Positions 13,443 to 28,561 of a DNA stretch of 64,000 bases are shown here, one piece after another. Source of the DNA: Flaccisagitta enflata (lineage: Eukaryota); NCBI GenBank assembly GCA_965153355.1, contig OZ231126.1:21824001-21888000 (forward strand), read 5' to 3'. The position numbers and the translations under genes are program-made. Within the stretch, counting starts at the first letter, position 1, and the number at the start of each line of letters is the position of its first letter. The notes below the pieces were generated by a model. That model was not told the DNA's origin. It worked only from the letters and a program-made list of their open reading frames with translations, and searched no databases.

Positions 13443-14579
13443 AAACATTTGATATAGTTGTGTCCGGTGGTTTCCATGGCATTCTACTCCTTGATTTCTT
13501 TTGTAAACTAAGTTCCCCCATGAGTTATTAAGAAAACTATGAATAGAAAAGTCCGCTGAAAAATAGAAAGAAAAAGAGCGCGAAAAAAGCTTACCGTAAG
13601 AACCGTCAAAAATTATTTTCCATCTATTCTTCCGTCTGAAAATTAAAAAAACGCTTGACCAAAACATTTCTGGAAGTATAGGGTAATACCCCAAAACTAA
13701 GCACTTGCGGTGAAGTGATTTCCTGCTCATGCTATACACATACACACACAGATAGCAAAATGAATACAGATAAAGAAACAGACAGACGCAGAGAGACATT
13801 GAGTCTGAGACAGAGACAGATATAGAGACAGACTGAAAAAAAAACAGAAACAGACGGGCACACTGGCTGACAACAGCAAAAAAGTTCTAAACGGCCACAT
13901 GGAAAAAACGCACTCAGCGCAGCTCAGCACACAAAATGATCGACAGAAAGACACACTGACTGACAACCGAGCATTAGAAACCACAGAGTGGCATATGCAC
14001 GCTTGCACAAGCGTTGCGTGAAGGCAAAGCACACACACGAAAAAAAAAAAGAAAAAGAAAAAAGAAACACCCTAAAACGCAAAAGTGAAAGTCAACGCGG
14101 ACAGAGAAACGCAGAGACCGGGGCAGAAGCAAAAGCACAGAAAGGAAAATAAACAGTGAATTTTACGAGGTAGAACAAACGACCGAAGCTATCCACAAAT
14201 CAAGTTTTATCTTTATGACAATGTAAATACCAGGCGAGGAGCGTTTGTACGAGCTGGCAGGGCCATGCACGGGTGAAGGAAGAGTTTTAACGTGGAGGTG
14301 TGTAGTAGAGATGGCGCGAAGCATTTGTTAAAAGCTTTGGGCAGTAAGAGCTATGGGCGGTCCAAGATCCTTTTACACCTCATCTGCTTTTTATATCACT
14401 GTTATACTGGTACTTTTTTTTGAGTGCTTTTTCTCTTGTGTTACAACTAGATAGTTCCTCGTACTGTCCACTACCTCGTGTCGTGTTTATTTTCACTATT
14501 AGCCTGGTATGCCAGAATACATCTCTTCAGCTGATTATTCTTTTTTCTTTTGGTGGGAGGGACCTTATCTTTTGAATTA

Positions 14580-15252
14580 TTGGCTGATTTGGAAAAAAGT
14601 CGCAGAGACGAAGTCCCTTCGGTCTTTTTGAGTCCTGCAGAGGAAAACGGATTTCCCTTTGTTTTATGAGGCGTTTGAGCAAGTTGATGCATTTTTCGGG
14701 CAGAATGGGACTACGCATGAAATTAATAGCTAAGAAAGAGCTAATTCTCCTCTTTCAGATGACACCTAGCAGAATTCTGTGCGATTGATAGTTTTGGAGC
14801 TATGATTTTTTAAATCTTTTTATATTTTTTCACATTTTTCACATTTTTCCCAAAAAACGAGGACTTGAGTTAATTGAAGTCTATTTGAACTTTGAAATAT
14901 CTTAGGTGATGATTGTGCATCCTGGCAGCACAGTCTCTCTCTTATTTCAACTCTGGACTCTATGAGAGGCTTTATGTCAATCCATCCATTGGTCTGTTGG
15001 TCCATTTGTCCATCCAAGTGGGAAAGTGGAAAAACAAGCAGTCTAGATGCTTGTGTGTGGGGGTTGGGGTTGGGGTGTGGATGGGGGTTGGATGCCTCTG
15101 TCTCAAACAGAGAAACACATGTAGAGAATGGAACAAACCAAAAAGATGCATGGAGAAAAAAAGGCAATAAACCAGACAAAACAAATCACAAAAAATTCCA
15201 AAACCTCGCACTTACGACTTTTTTCCTACGGCGAGAGCCGCCTGTATTGGTA
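14580..15252 (+). mobile_element. Unclassified interspersed repeat, family F (copy 1)
   Basis: Colinear similarity to 49045-49752 (AATGGGACTACG.ATGAAATTAATAGCTAAGAAAGAGCTAA..., GATGATTGTGCAT.CTGGCAGCA). Ends in TTTTCCTACGGCGAGAGCCGCC..TA.TGGTA. Confidence 0.7.
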
Positions 15253-15667
15253 AAAAAAGAATAAGTAAATGCAGTAGTAAGAGACTCTAAGATATATTTT
15301 GATGTCATTTACAGCAAAAGAACTCTATGGAAAAATGGTAGCTCCATCGATAAAACACGTATATGTGTGACTGAAAAGTGATTGGAAAAAAGATAGTTTG
15401 ACAGCGGAACAAATGGTAGACAGTAAAGGCGAAAGTTTAGGATCAACTACTTAAAATGTTGGCAATGATGTACACTGAGACAAGCTTGGCATGAATACGG
15501 AAAGTGAAAAAGAGAAGAAAAAAAAGATAGAAAAAAAAATAGGAGAGAAATCGTCCAATTGTTAAAAAAAAGTAAAGAGAGTCCCTCGTTCCCTCTGACA
15601 AAAGGGGATGGAATCGAAATGGTTCCTTGGTTGTCACATTCATCAGAAAATTGGAGACATTCTGAAT

Positions 15668-15733
<66 letters not shown>

Positions 15734-16640
15734 ATAGCGGAACCTCAGTCTCCATATAACATATGGCGCCATTACAAAAACTGACGGAACGGAATCCATG
15801 GAAAATTTCCAACAATAAACTTTTTCTCTCTTCCCGGGTCCCTCTCTTCTTTTGTTGATGCCCCCTTTACGCCAGACGTGGAGAATATTGTGAAAGAGAA
15901 AATGGATCCAACGGGTAGAGGAAGGCAACAAGGGAGGATTGGGGATAGGAATGGGGAAAGGGATGAACCGAATGAGCGAAAGAAAGAAGAGGCGCCAGCG
16001 GTTGTGGTGTGGAGGTTTCCTTGGCTGTTCCAGATAGGGTGTTTACATCTATGCACTTTTCGATGTGTATGTGCTTTTAGGTGTAACGGGAATACCATAT
16101 GGATTTGTTGTCAGTCTTTACAGTATTACCTTGTAAAATGGTAGAGTGGTGGGTGCATTCAATTTCTATGATAAAACGGCAAAAAAAAAAAAAAGCTTAT
16201 TACACTAGGACGGTCTAAGGCCAAATAAATAGCAAATGCACAGCGGTCTATCCCCAAAATCTACGTTTACATAATTGGTAAGTTGTTGTTAGATGCTCTC
16301 GCACCGCTGTCATAACCTTTTATCGCGTTGGTATTATTATCAGTTCGTTGTCATTTCTTTGTCATTGCGTCACTATTATTATTATCGTTACTGTCATCAT
16401 TTGTTGCTGATTAATGCCGTTCATTGATTATTTATAGATCGTTCAGGGCTGACGCACGTATTTAGGAATACACTATCATAACTATGTCGTAGCTACATCA
16501 TAACTGAATCATAAAGATAGAACTGATAAACGCTTGCCAGCTTCTCTCCCTCCATTTAACATAATCATCATCATGCAGCATCATCATTACCGATCCCTAC
16601 GTACCTTGAAATCAAAGCCTCACTCCGTTCATCCCTATAT

Positions 16641-16967
<327 letters not shown>

Positions 16968-17093
16968 TATTGACGTTCGTTTTTATACCCATTTCATGAT
17001 TCAGAGACGCAGTTGCTGCAGCAATCCCGCTTCAGCTCAAACGACAGTCGAAATTCAACATTTTTTGCCCTTTCCCGCCATCGCTGTATTTTT

Positions 17094-17602
17094 GGGCAGC
17101 GGCCCCAAAGGGGACGAAGTCCTGTAGAACACAGGGGACTTTCGTTTGTTCGTTCGTTTGTTTCTCCGTTTGTTCGTCCCCCCAGGCCCTCTCAGGCCTG
17201 AAATCTGCCCTCTCAGGCCTAAAGTCTGCCTTCTCAGGCCTGAAATCCGCCCTCTCAGGCCTTGAATCTGCTCTCTTTGGCCTGAAATTTGCCCTTTCAG
17301 GCCTGAAACCTGTCCTCTAAGGCTTTGAATCTGCCCTCTCAGGCCTGAAATCTGCCCTCTCAGATTTCAGGCCTGAGAAGGCATATTTTAGGCCTTAGAG
17401 GGCAGGTTTCAGGCCTGAGAGGAACTTGGGTGGGGGCGGACGGACAGAGAAACGAACGAACGAAGAACGAACAAAAGTCCCCTGTGTTCTACAGGACTTC
17501 GTCCCCTTTGGGGCCGCTGCCCTGCCTCCCATTCTAATCTACAACCATGCAAAGCAGGGCAACGGGTATCGCTGACCACGTATTGCCCTTGGGCGACCTG
17601 TT
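17094..17602 (+). mobile_element. HINE-like element, family A2, full length
   Basis: The 5' GGGCAGCGGCCCCAAAGGGGACGAAGTCCTGTAGAACACAGGGGACTTT is inverted at about 17474-17522. It has 21-bp internal repeats in two opposite blocks and the tail GGGTATCGCTGACCACGTATTGCCCTTGGGCGACCTGTT. Confidence 0.88.
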
Positions 17603-17621
17603 ATTTCTTTTTTCCCTTTTT

Positions 17622-18089
17622 GGGTAGCGGCCCCGAGGGGGTCGATGCCTATGCTTTCACACATATGAGGAATTTTCTCCTCCTTCTTCTTCTTCTCCTT
17701 CCTACCTCCCCTCAACCCAGCCTCCAGGCCAATATCTCAGCTTTGGGGCCCATAACCCAGCCTCAAGGCCCAAATCCCAGTCTTGAGGCCCAAATCCCAA
17801 CCTCAAGGCCCAAATCCCAAACCCGAGGCCCAAATTCCAAATTTGGGCGTCAAGACTGGGATTTGCGCCTCTAGGCTGGGATATGGGCCTCAAGGCTTAG
17901 ATATGGGCCTGGAGGCTGGGGTGAGGGGGGATGCAGAGGAGAAGAAGGAGGAGAAAATTCCCCATATGTGTGAAAGCATAGGTCATCGACCCTTTTGGGG
18001 CCGCTGCCCTGCTCACCCATCTACTTCGACCATAAACTATTTAAGCAGGGCACGGATACCGATGACCATCTAACGCTTTTGCGACTATT
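17622..18089 (+). mobile_element. HINE-like element, family A1, full length
   Basis: The 5' GGGTAGCGGCCCCGAGGGGGTCGATGCCTATGCTTTCACACATATG is inverted at about 17963-18009. It has 20-bp repeats and the tail ...GACCATCTAACGCTTTTGCGACTATT. Confidence 0.85.
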
Positions 18090-18352
18090 TTTTCTTTTTA
18101 CTTCAGGGACTTCGGTCTATTCGACCTACTGTGTTTTTGTCCATCACCAGACTTGCTTTGAGTAACTGTCCTCATCTCTGCCTGTGAATCGGTCCGAATG
18201 GAAGAATTTGCGTTAAATCTCATTTCTATCAATGTTTATGTTGGTTTGTCTTTGATTGAGAATTTCATATTCAATATCGTAGTTTGTCTTTTCACTTCTC
18301 TCTAAAATGGTGTAACAAGCTTTCTGTCAGTCTCGTTAACACTGTGTCCCGG

Positions 18353-18411
<59 letters not shown>

Positions 18412-18716
18412 GCTTTTCTCCGTGCTCTCTCATGCAAATTAGGGAAATCTCCCGTGCCATTGACGATTGAACTGAATGAACTGAAAGCAATCCACAGCAG
18501 ATGAAAAAAAAATCTGTTGCTGCCGAAAATAAAATCGTTTGAATTTGGAAATTCATCCAAATTTTCCTTTGAATGAGTAGCTTGCTGCTCAAAGCACGAA
18601 GCCGAGCAGAGAACTACGCTCATGCTACGCCGAGAAGGTACAGTTAGCAACCATAACGATGAATGGTTGTGGTCGTTGAGGAAAAACGGTCAATATATAT
18701 TTTCTAGAATCAGGGT

Positions 18717-18896
<180 letters not shown>

Positions 18897-19614
18897 AGTT
18901 ATTTTGCTTCCTGGTGAATCATTCCGTATTCTTTTTGTTCCTTCATTATGTATTCGGTTCTCTTTGTATCGAATAAAATCTCCCATCACCTCCACAAACC
19001 ACCATTCTTTACCAAAAAAAAAAACAAAACAAAAAAAAAACATTCTTTACCATTTTCTTAAAATTCCGCAGCGCATACCCGTTCTATACCGCGTTTACTC
19101 ACCCCCATTTCTCATTTAATACCGCTTTTACTCACCCCCATTTCTCATTCTTCTCTTTTCTTCTGCTCCACAAATTTTTACCACTCCCACGTTGCTTTTT
19201 CAGACATATTGTTTCAAGTCGGTAAATCTCCTTGACTCAGGCTTGGTAATAACCTTGGCAAAATGCTCCTGGGCTTCCAAAGGCTTCAAGAGAATGTTTT
19301 TATCTTCTGCTCATTTACATGGACTCGTGAATTGCCGCCAACGCCGCCGTTGACGCCGTCTTATACACCGTAGACGCCGTCATATACGCCGTCGACGCCG
19401 TACACACCACAACCACCACCACCACCACCACCACTGCTGTAGAAACCGCCATTGCCGTAAGCAATCTTTTACTTATCTCCCATCTTCTTCTTCTCCTTCT
19501 TCTTCTTCCTCTTCTCTTCTTCCTCATCTGAGTGAGGGCCGTAGGCCTTAGGAGACCCCGGAGAGCTCTCCAAGTCTCCAAGAGTCTCAGAGAGTCTTTG
19601 GAGAGCTCTCAAAG

Positions 19615-19738
<124 letters not shown>

Positions 19739-20394
19739 GGAGATTTGATAATGAGCTGATTTGCATATTCTAGTAGGATGTAAATCTGAGCATCATTTAG
19801 TGATTTTTCAATAAATGTCATCGAAAAAGTCCAACATTATAGCTTTCGCCTCATAACGTCCGATAATACGTATTATTGCATATTCAGTGCAACTTCGATT
19901 GTATCACAGAATGACTTGTAATATGAATTTACTTGCATTTGAAGCTGAAGCTTTTCCATTTGGCGTTTTATAATTCTCATATTGCGCAACGGAAATCGTG
20001 AAATAGATCCGTTTGAGATACTGACCAAGAGCCAGCGATCTTGAAGCTATTTGGATCTTCGTACAGTTACGATTATCCATCGCCATCTATCGAATTATTG
20101 AATGTCGAGGCGGTCTCGGTCAGGCATACGGGCCAAAAATCCAACCGACGGACGGACTCCCGTGACTCGTGAGAAAATGCGATGACTGGGAAACATTACT
20201 CAAGATACACTTGACCCTATATATCTTTAAAATGAGATACTATCTAAAATCAGTCCGAAAACAGTCGCATGCTTGGGGCTTACTGGGTTTGTCGTTTGTT
20301 GTTTTGATAAATTCGTCTGACAAGTCGCGCATTGCACATTTGCGGCAGCTTTGCACGTACAGGGCGATAGCGTCAGTTTCATCTTCAGTTACGT

Positions 20395-20560
20395 GTTTCG
20401 CGACATAACATCCCGCCTTGTCAGTCCGTCCGTCGGTCAGTCGGTCGGTCAATCACGTTTTACAGAGTTCAAGGGCGGTTTTTGCACCACTGTTCATGCC
20501 CAAATGCATGGTTAGCCTTTTTTTTTATCAATGCTTGGGTAGCCGTGTATCTGGCCTTGC
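20395..20560 (+). mobile_element. HINE-like family B, degenerate
   Basis: A GTCC/GTCG tract and the 3' end GGGTAGCCGTGTATCTGGCCTTG. Confidence 0.55.
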
Positions 20561-20670
20561 TTATGACATCCCCTATCCAATAACTCCAACAAGACGTGGT
20601 TGCAGCCCTGCCCTTTTACGCAATCACGCGATCGACTTCCAAGGAAATCGAACGTCATTCCGATAAATCG

Positions 20671-20949
<279 letters not shown>

Positions 20950-21344
20950 CAGTTAATTAAAATGAGAATGTACTAGCTTTTTTGGTCAGAACACAACCAA
21001 ACAGATGGGAGGTCAGGTAAAATCAGAGCATGGAAGAACTAATGAATTGATCGAGTTACGATTGAAATATGACACACAGACTATAAAATCGACATTCCGA
21101 AATCATTTGAAAATTGAAAGAGTTCTCGGCTAGCACAAATGAGTCCTGTGTGCCTACATCTTTTCATGGCCACATCTACCCTCCGGGTCACCCTAAATAC
21201 ACGCGTGACTCTGCCTTAAAAGTGAACTTTCTTTTTCCAATCATGGAAATGCGATTAAGTTGGGTTTTTTTTTTTCGATTGACTCATGACTCACTTGCTC
21301 AAGTGCTTTCGACGGCGCAAAGTCTTGATGATGCCTGATGGCCC

Positions 21345-22700
<1,356 letters not shown>

Positions 22701-22937
22701 CCCATTCCATTTGTTTGCAATCACATCGGCCATCATTCTTCGTTTAGTTCGAATCAACTTCTTCTTTCTTTCTTATTGCCTCTTTTCCATTTCACATTCA
22801 TCTTGATTTGCTTTTTTGCAGCCTTACTTTCCGATGCCTCCTGCCCCCGAGAGACCCGCGAGAGAGAGCTCGCTCTGCATACACGCACACACTAGCAGCT
22901 CTCTCTCTGTCTCTCTCCCCTCACGGTGCCCTATCGG

Positions 22938-23001
<64 letters not shown>

Positions 23002-23327
23002 CTTTACTCTCCAATATGAATTTTATTCTTGCCCTACCATTTCATTTGTCCACATCAATCCTCCAATCCCCACTACCCCACTCATCTTAGATTCCCTACC
23101 ACCATCGTCATTCATCTAAAAGACCCGTCCACCTTTTCGACCCACATTCAGCACCTCCCTCATTCCTTTACTAGGTCCGCCTTCCCACTGACTGCCCCTT
23201 CCTGCCCCTTCTCCCATTCTCCATCAATGAACATATTTTGCGGTCTAACTAGTTCAACCCCACAACATCCTCTCTTATCATCTTGATCCTCTTTCTGTGA
23301 TCTGATCCCCTCCTTTAGCCATTACCC

Positions 23328-24030
23328 GCATCGCCATCTGAATGCGTCATCTTTGTGAATTCTTACCCTCCTAAATAGCCCTTATCCCGTTCTGCATCCT
23401 TTTCACCTCCACACCGCCATCCGAATGCGTCTTTTTTTTTAGTCTTTACCCTCCTGCACGCTCTCAACCACCTTCCAATTCTTTTCCACCTCCACATCGC
23501 CATCCGAATACACGTACGTCTTTTTAGTTGCGGTCACGCAACTCTATGAGAGGCGTTGTCCGTCTGTCCGTCCGTCCGTCCGTCCGACCGTCCGTCCGTC
23601 CGTCCGTCCGTCCGTCCGTCCGTCCGTCCGTCCATCCGTCCGTCCGTCCGTCTATGCGGTCCGTCTGTCCGTCCGTCCGTCCGTCCGTCCGTCCGTCCGT
23701 CCGTCCGTCCGTCCGTCCGTCCGTCCGTCCGTCCGTCCGTCCGTCCGTCTGGCCGTCGCTCCGTTGGTCCGTGGTGATCGAGTTGGTAAGTGTGAAAACG
23801 CGCATTTCCGCCTCTGCCCACCTTTCGCAACTGGTATTGGCTGTGTATCCGGTCTTGTTGGTGAGTCTTCACCCTCCTGCACACTCTCAACCACCTTCCC
23901 TTTCTTTCCACACCACCATCCGAAAGTGTCTTTTTTGGTAAGTCCTAACCGTCCTGACCGCCCTCTACCACCTTCCGCATCCTTTCCCCCTCCACATCGA
24001 CTCCCGAATGCGTCTTTTTGGTGAGTTTTG
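23328..24030. repeat. ~82-bp degenerate tandem repeat (about 5 units) interrupted by a family C element
   Basis: The unit ACA(T/C)CGCCATCCGAATGCGTCTTTTT(GG)TGAGTCTTACCCTCCTGCAC... starts near 23328, 23410, 23492, 23912 and 23993. Confidence 0.75.
23526..23859 (+). mobile_element. HINE-like family C with expanded (GTCC)n
   Basis: 5' hairpin AGTTGCGGTCACGCAACT, about 190 bp of (GTCC)n and the 3' end TTCGCAACT...GGCTGTGTATCCGGTCTTGTT. Confidence 0.85.
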
Positions 24031-24446
24031 ACCTAGTTCTAAGATCGTGGAACATGGACGACCTAAACCCGAGCTATTCTCGGCCACTTGTGGTCTGATC
24101 AATGGCTCGTGATGTTGTTGTTCATTGACGCCGTCGAGATGAGAGATAGAATTTAAACCCCCCTCGCTGCATTGATGGCGTTGGGGTTACGCCGACGCTG
24201 TGACCCCCCAAAACTTGGCCCCTGCGGTGGAGAGTAAAGAGGAAATAGGCGAAGGGTTTTGAGTGATCAGACAGAGGCAAAGTGCGGCAAAAAGCCCCAA
24301 AGAAAGCCAAAGATAGTGTGCAGTCCGACTAACAGATGACGCACCAATTCGTCGACTTTCTGACGTGACCGCCATGATCATGATGACGCCTTGTTCATTC
24401 AATGTCCTCGGAAAGGATTAGCCGAATGAGGTTTGGGTGGTTAAAT

Positions 24447-24608
24447 GAGTGGCTGACGCTACCGAGAATTCTCGGTAGCGTCAACGATAACAACTACATA
24501 TTTTGACGCTACTGAGAATTCTCTATAGTGTCAATATCCATTCTCCATTGTGATGATTTGGAAACTAATAATTGACACTACTGAGAATAGTTTTCTCTCC
24601 TCTCTCTC

Positions 24609-24666
<58 letters not shown>

Positions 24667-25620
24667 AATGTTTTATTGCAAACATATGTATGCATTGAGT
24701 CTTTTTTATGAGTGGAGGCACTTAAGCAGACTATCTAAACCAACCTGGAAAATAATGTATCCTCAGGTTTTTTTACATAGTTTTATAATATTTAGCCGTA
24801 ACTTGTAAATTCTTTTTTTATTCATTAATCTTTACCTCTTAACTTATATTTTTACTCTTTTTTCAACTTTTTACTTTGTACTTATTCTTTTTCTATTCAT
24901 TATATATTTCATTTTTTACATTTCTTACCTACTTTTTCTTTAACTGTTAACTGTTTTATTTTCATTTTATACTTTTATATTCTTTTTTCAATTTGTTGTC
25001 ACTTTTCAAAAGCCACTTTTTATTCTTTATTTCATTTTTTTTCAAATTTTTTAAAAATTGTTAATCATTATACTTTTCCAATCAAATTATGATATATTTT
25101 GATGATCTTTTTTTTAATTTTCAACATTCCATCAAGAAAAGAAACCAATGAAGCTCAGGGTTACAATTCTTTCCAGATGGATTATGTCAAACCCCCTCTA
25201 TATTTACAATACATTTATAAGTAGCTATATTCAGGTTTTAGATGCATCCTCGTATCTCTATCAAAGGGTATATCAATCCTTTTGTCCATTTGTCCATCCA
25301 TCCATCTGTCCATCCATCTATATTTCCATCTCTCTGTCCATTTATCCATCCATCCAATTTATTGCTTCTCTGACATCCATTATTGTGGGTTTCAACTGTA
25401 CTTGTCTTTAAAAAGAGTGAGCGTGTGTATTAGTGAATGAGTGAGTGAGTGAGAAAGAAAGTAGGAAAGAAGGAAAGTAAGAAAGAAGGAAACTAAGAAA
25501 GAAGAAAAGAAAAAAAGAAAGAAAAAAAGAAAAAGAAAGAAAAATAAAAGAAAGAAAAAAAAGAAAGAAAGAAAGAAAGAATGAGAGAGAGAAAGAAAAA
25601 GGAAAGAAAAGAAGAAAAAA

Positions 25621-25658
<38 letters not shown>

Positions 25659-25669
25659 GAAAGAAGAAG

Positions 25670-25745
<76 letters not shown>

Positions 25746-25887
25746 GAAGGGGAGGGTGTGGGAATTCTCAGTTATGAGCATGGAAATCTTTTTACCATTT
25801 TGACGTTATAGAGAGTTCTCTATTGCGTCAAAAACACCAATTCTCGGTAGCGTCAATTTTGCGAATTCTCCATTGCGTCAAACTCCC
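24447..25887. mobile_element. Putative non-autonomous TIR element with palindromic subterminal repeats
   Basis: The TGACGCTAC(C/T)GAGAATT motif is clustered at both ends (24454-24590 and 25799-25882). The flanks GGTTAAAT and GGTTAGAT resemble an 8-bp TSD with one mismatch. Confidence 0.55.
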
Positions 25888-26165
25888 GGTTAGATGGAGA
25901 TCTCAGTGGGTAAATAACAGAGAGGACGAGTGATTAGAAATGGGTGGTTACATGGTAGTCTTAGTAGTGTGGAGTAACCAAGGATGTGGGAAAAATTATT
26001 GGATGGTAATAATGATCCCAGCGTGGCATCATTACCTATACACATTATTCTTCCTACCCTTCACCCGGCTTTGTCCTTTGCCTTTCTTTTCCTTACCCAT
26101 CTCCGACCTTATCTCATCTTTTACTCCTTTTTGGGCCAGCAATCTTCGACACCATTCCTCTTGTT

Positions 26166-26315
26166 AGTTGCGGACACGCAACTCTATAAGAGGCTTTGTC
26201 CGTCCGTCAGTTGGTTGGTTGGTCGGTCCGTAACCACGAGTCGAAAAGTGGGAAAACGCGCATTTCCGCCCCTGCCCACCCGTCCGCAACTGATGGCCGT
26301 GTATGCGGCCTTGTT
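26166..26315 (+). mobile_element. HINE-like family C
   Basis: AGTTGCGGACACGCAACT ... GTCCGCAACTGATGGCCGTGTATGCGGCCTTGTT. Confidence 0.85.
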
Positions 26316-26999
26316 TTATGCACATCTTGACTATCATGATACCTTCTATCGACTTTTACACTTTGAAATCATTATCATAAGCACCGGCTTGTCACCCAGC
26401 CTTTATCACCTATCTTGTCTGTATTACATACATCCATCATAAAACAGCCCATTCATAATTCTCTTTCCCTTTCGTTATACAGGTGCTCAGTACTTTCTAA
26501 GATCATCATTACCATCCTATGCTCATCCCACTCTCATTTGTTTCTCCACACTACAGAGATTGCCCTCTAGCCACCCATTTCTTATAACCCATCTTATCCG
26601 ATTTATACACTGTGATACCACCACATCACCGCCCTTTCCTATCCCCCCACCCTTTCCATTTTATACACACTGAGACCACCATCTAAGCGCTTAGAACCTT
26701 CCTAATGGTTTTTTCCGTCCTCTTCGACTCAAATAACTCTGCGCGAAATGAGTCTCAGCTTGAAAATTTGCTGCAACGTCGAGCTCTCTGTCTTTCTTTT
26801 TTTCTCTCTCTCTTTATTTACTGTCTATCCATTTTTTATGTTTTTTTTGTGTGTGTTTTCTTTCTTTGTTTATGTTTTTCTTTTTGTTTGTTTGATTGTT
26901 TAGATGTTTGTTTATTTGTTTGTTTGTTTGTTTGTTGGTTTGTTTGTTTGCTTGCTTGCTCGCTTGTTTGTTTGTTGTTTCTTTCTTTCTTTCTTTCAT

Positions 27000-27058
<59 letters not shown>

Positions 27059-28561
27059 CACTGTCTCTTTGTTTGATACAGCCAACATATCCGCATCTGT
27101 TTCCCCATTTTCCCCACCAATCGGCCTCCCCACCAGTCGGCCTTCCCCACCAGCCCCCCCCCCCCCACCAGTCGGCCTCTCCATTCTAAATCCTCATCTA
27201 GTTTCTCGTTTTCGTCGTTTTTCTTGCTTTACTTTCTCTCTCTTTGCTTTTAATCATTTTTTCCCTCTTTAGTCTTTCTCAAAGGCTCATTTGCTGACGA
27301 CTCAGAGGTTCCCGACGCCGCTGCCGCCGACAGTTCCGCCGCCGCCGCCGCCTCCACAGTCATCGTCATCGTCATCGTCATCGTCATCATGCCGTCGTCG
27401 TCCTTGTGCCATTCATCATCGTCGTTTTTGGCGTCTCTTTCGATCTTCTCGTTACCATCATAGTTTCAGTCTTTGTCGTCTATTTCGTCTCATCGTCGTC
27501 ATCATCACCTTTATCGTTGTCATTGACGTCGACATTGTCATCGTCATCATCGTCATTGTCATTTTTTCGTTGTCACTGACGTCGTCCACGTCATCATCGG
27601 TCATCGCTAAATATCATAGTATATACGTCGCAGCTTTTCCATAAATCCATCCGTTTGTCCGTCCGTACTTCCTTTGTTCCCGTTTGGTCATTTTCTTCCG
27701 TCAGACTTTTCTATCTGTCAGTCAGACTTACGTTTTTTTATAGTCAGACTTTTATATCTGACCCTACGTTTTATCTGTATATCTCTCTGTTAAGTCTGTC
27801 CAATCTGTTGTTCATCTTTTCTGCTGATCTCACTGGTTTTTCAGATCCATCCATTCATCAATCGATTTGTTAGTCTCCTTTGTCCGTCTTCCAATCTCAC
27901 CTATGAGTCCACCCTCCCTTCTGCCCCTCTGTCCCTCTCCATCTATCCAACCACTTATCCGTTTCCTTTATATATATTCCCATCCATCTATCCATTTTTA
28001 GTCACCTGCTACGCGACTCTACACCCCGCTATGTCGGTCCGTCGGTCCGTCGGTCCGTCGGTCAGTCCGTCGGTTGGTTGGTCGGTTGGTTGGTTGGTTG
28101 GTCCCCTTTTGGGCAGCGGCCCCCAGTCAGAGCCGATGACTTATCCAGCAGATACAAATTTTCATTTCCTCCTCCTCCTCCTCCTCCCTACCCTCCCCCC
28201 CAGCCTCCAGGCCCATTTCTCAGACTGGAGGCCTATATCCCAGCCTCGAGGCCCAAATTCCAGTCTTGAGGCCCAAATCCCACCCTCAAGGCCCAAATCC
28301 CAATCCCAAGGCCCAGATTCCACTCTCTAGGGATTTGGGCCTTAAGACTGGGATTTGGGCCTCAAGGCTGGGATATGTGCCTGCAGTCGGAGAAATGGGC
28401 CTGGAGGCTGAGGGGAGGGGGAGTGCGGAGAAGGAGGAGGAGGAGGAGAAGGAGGCGAAAATTCCCCATATGTGTGAAAGCATAGGTCATCGACCCCTTC
28501 GGGGCCGCTGCCCTGCTCCCTCCTCAACTTCAACCACAACCTACTTAAGCAGGGCACGGGT

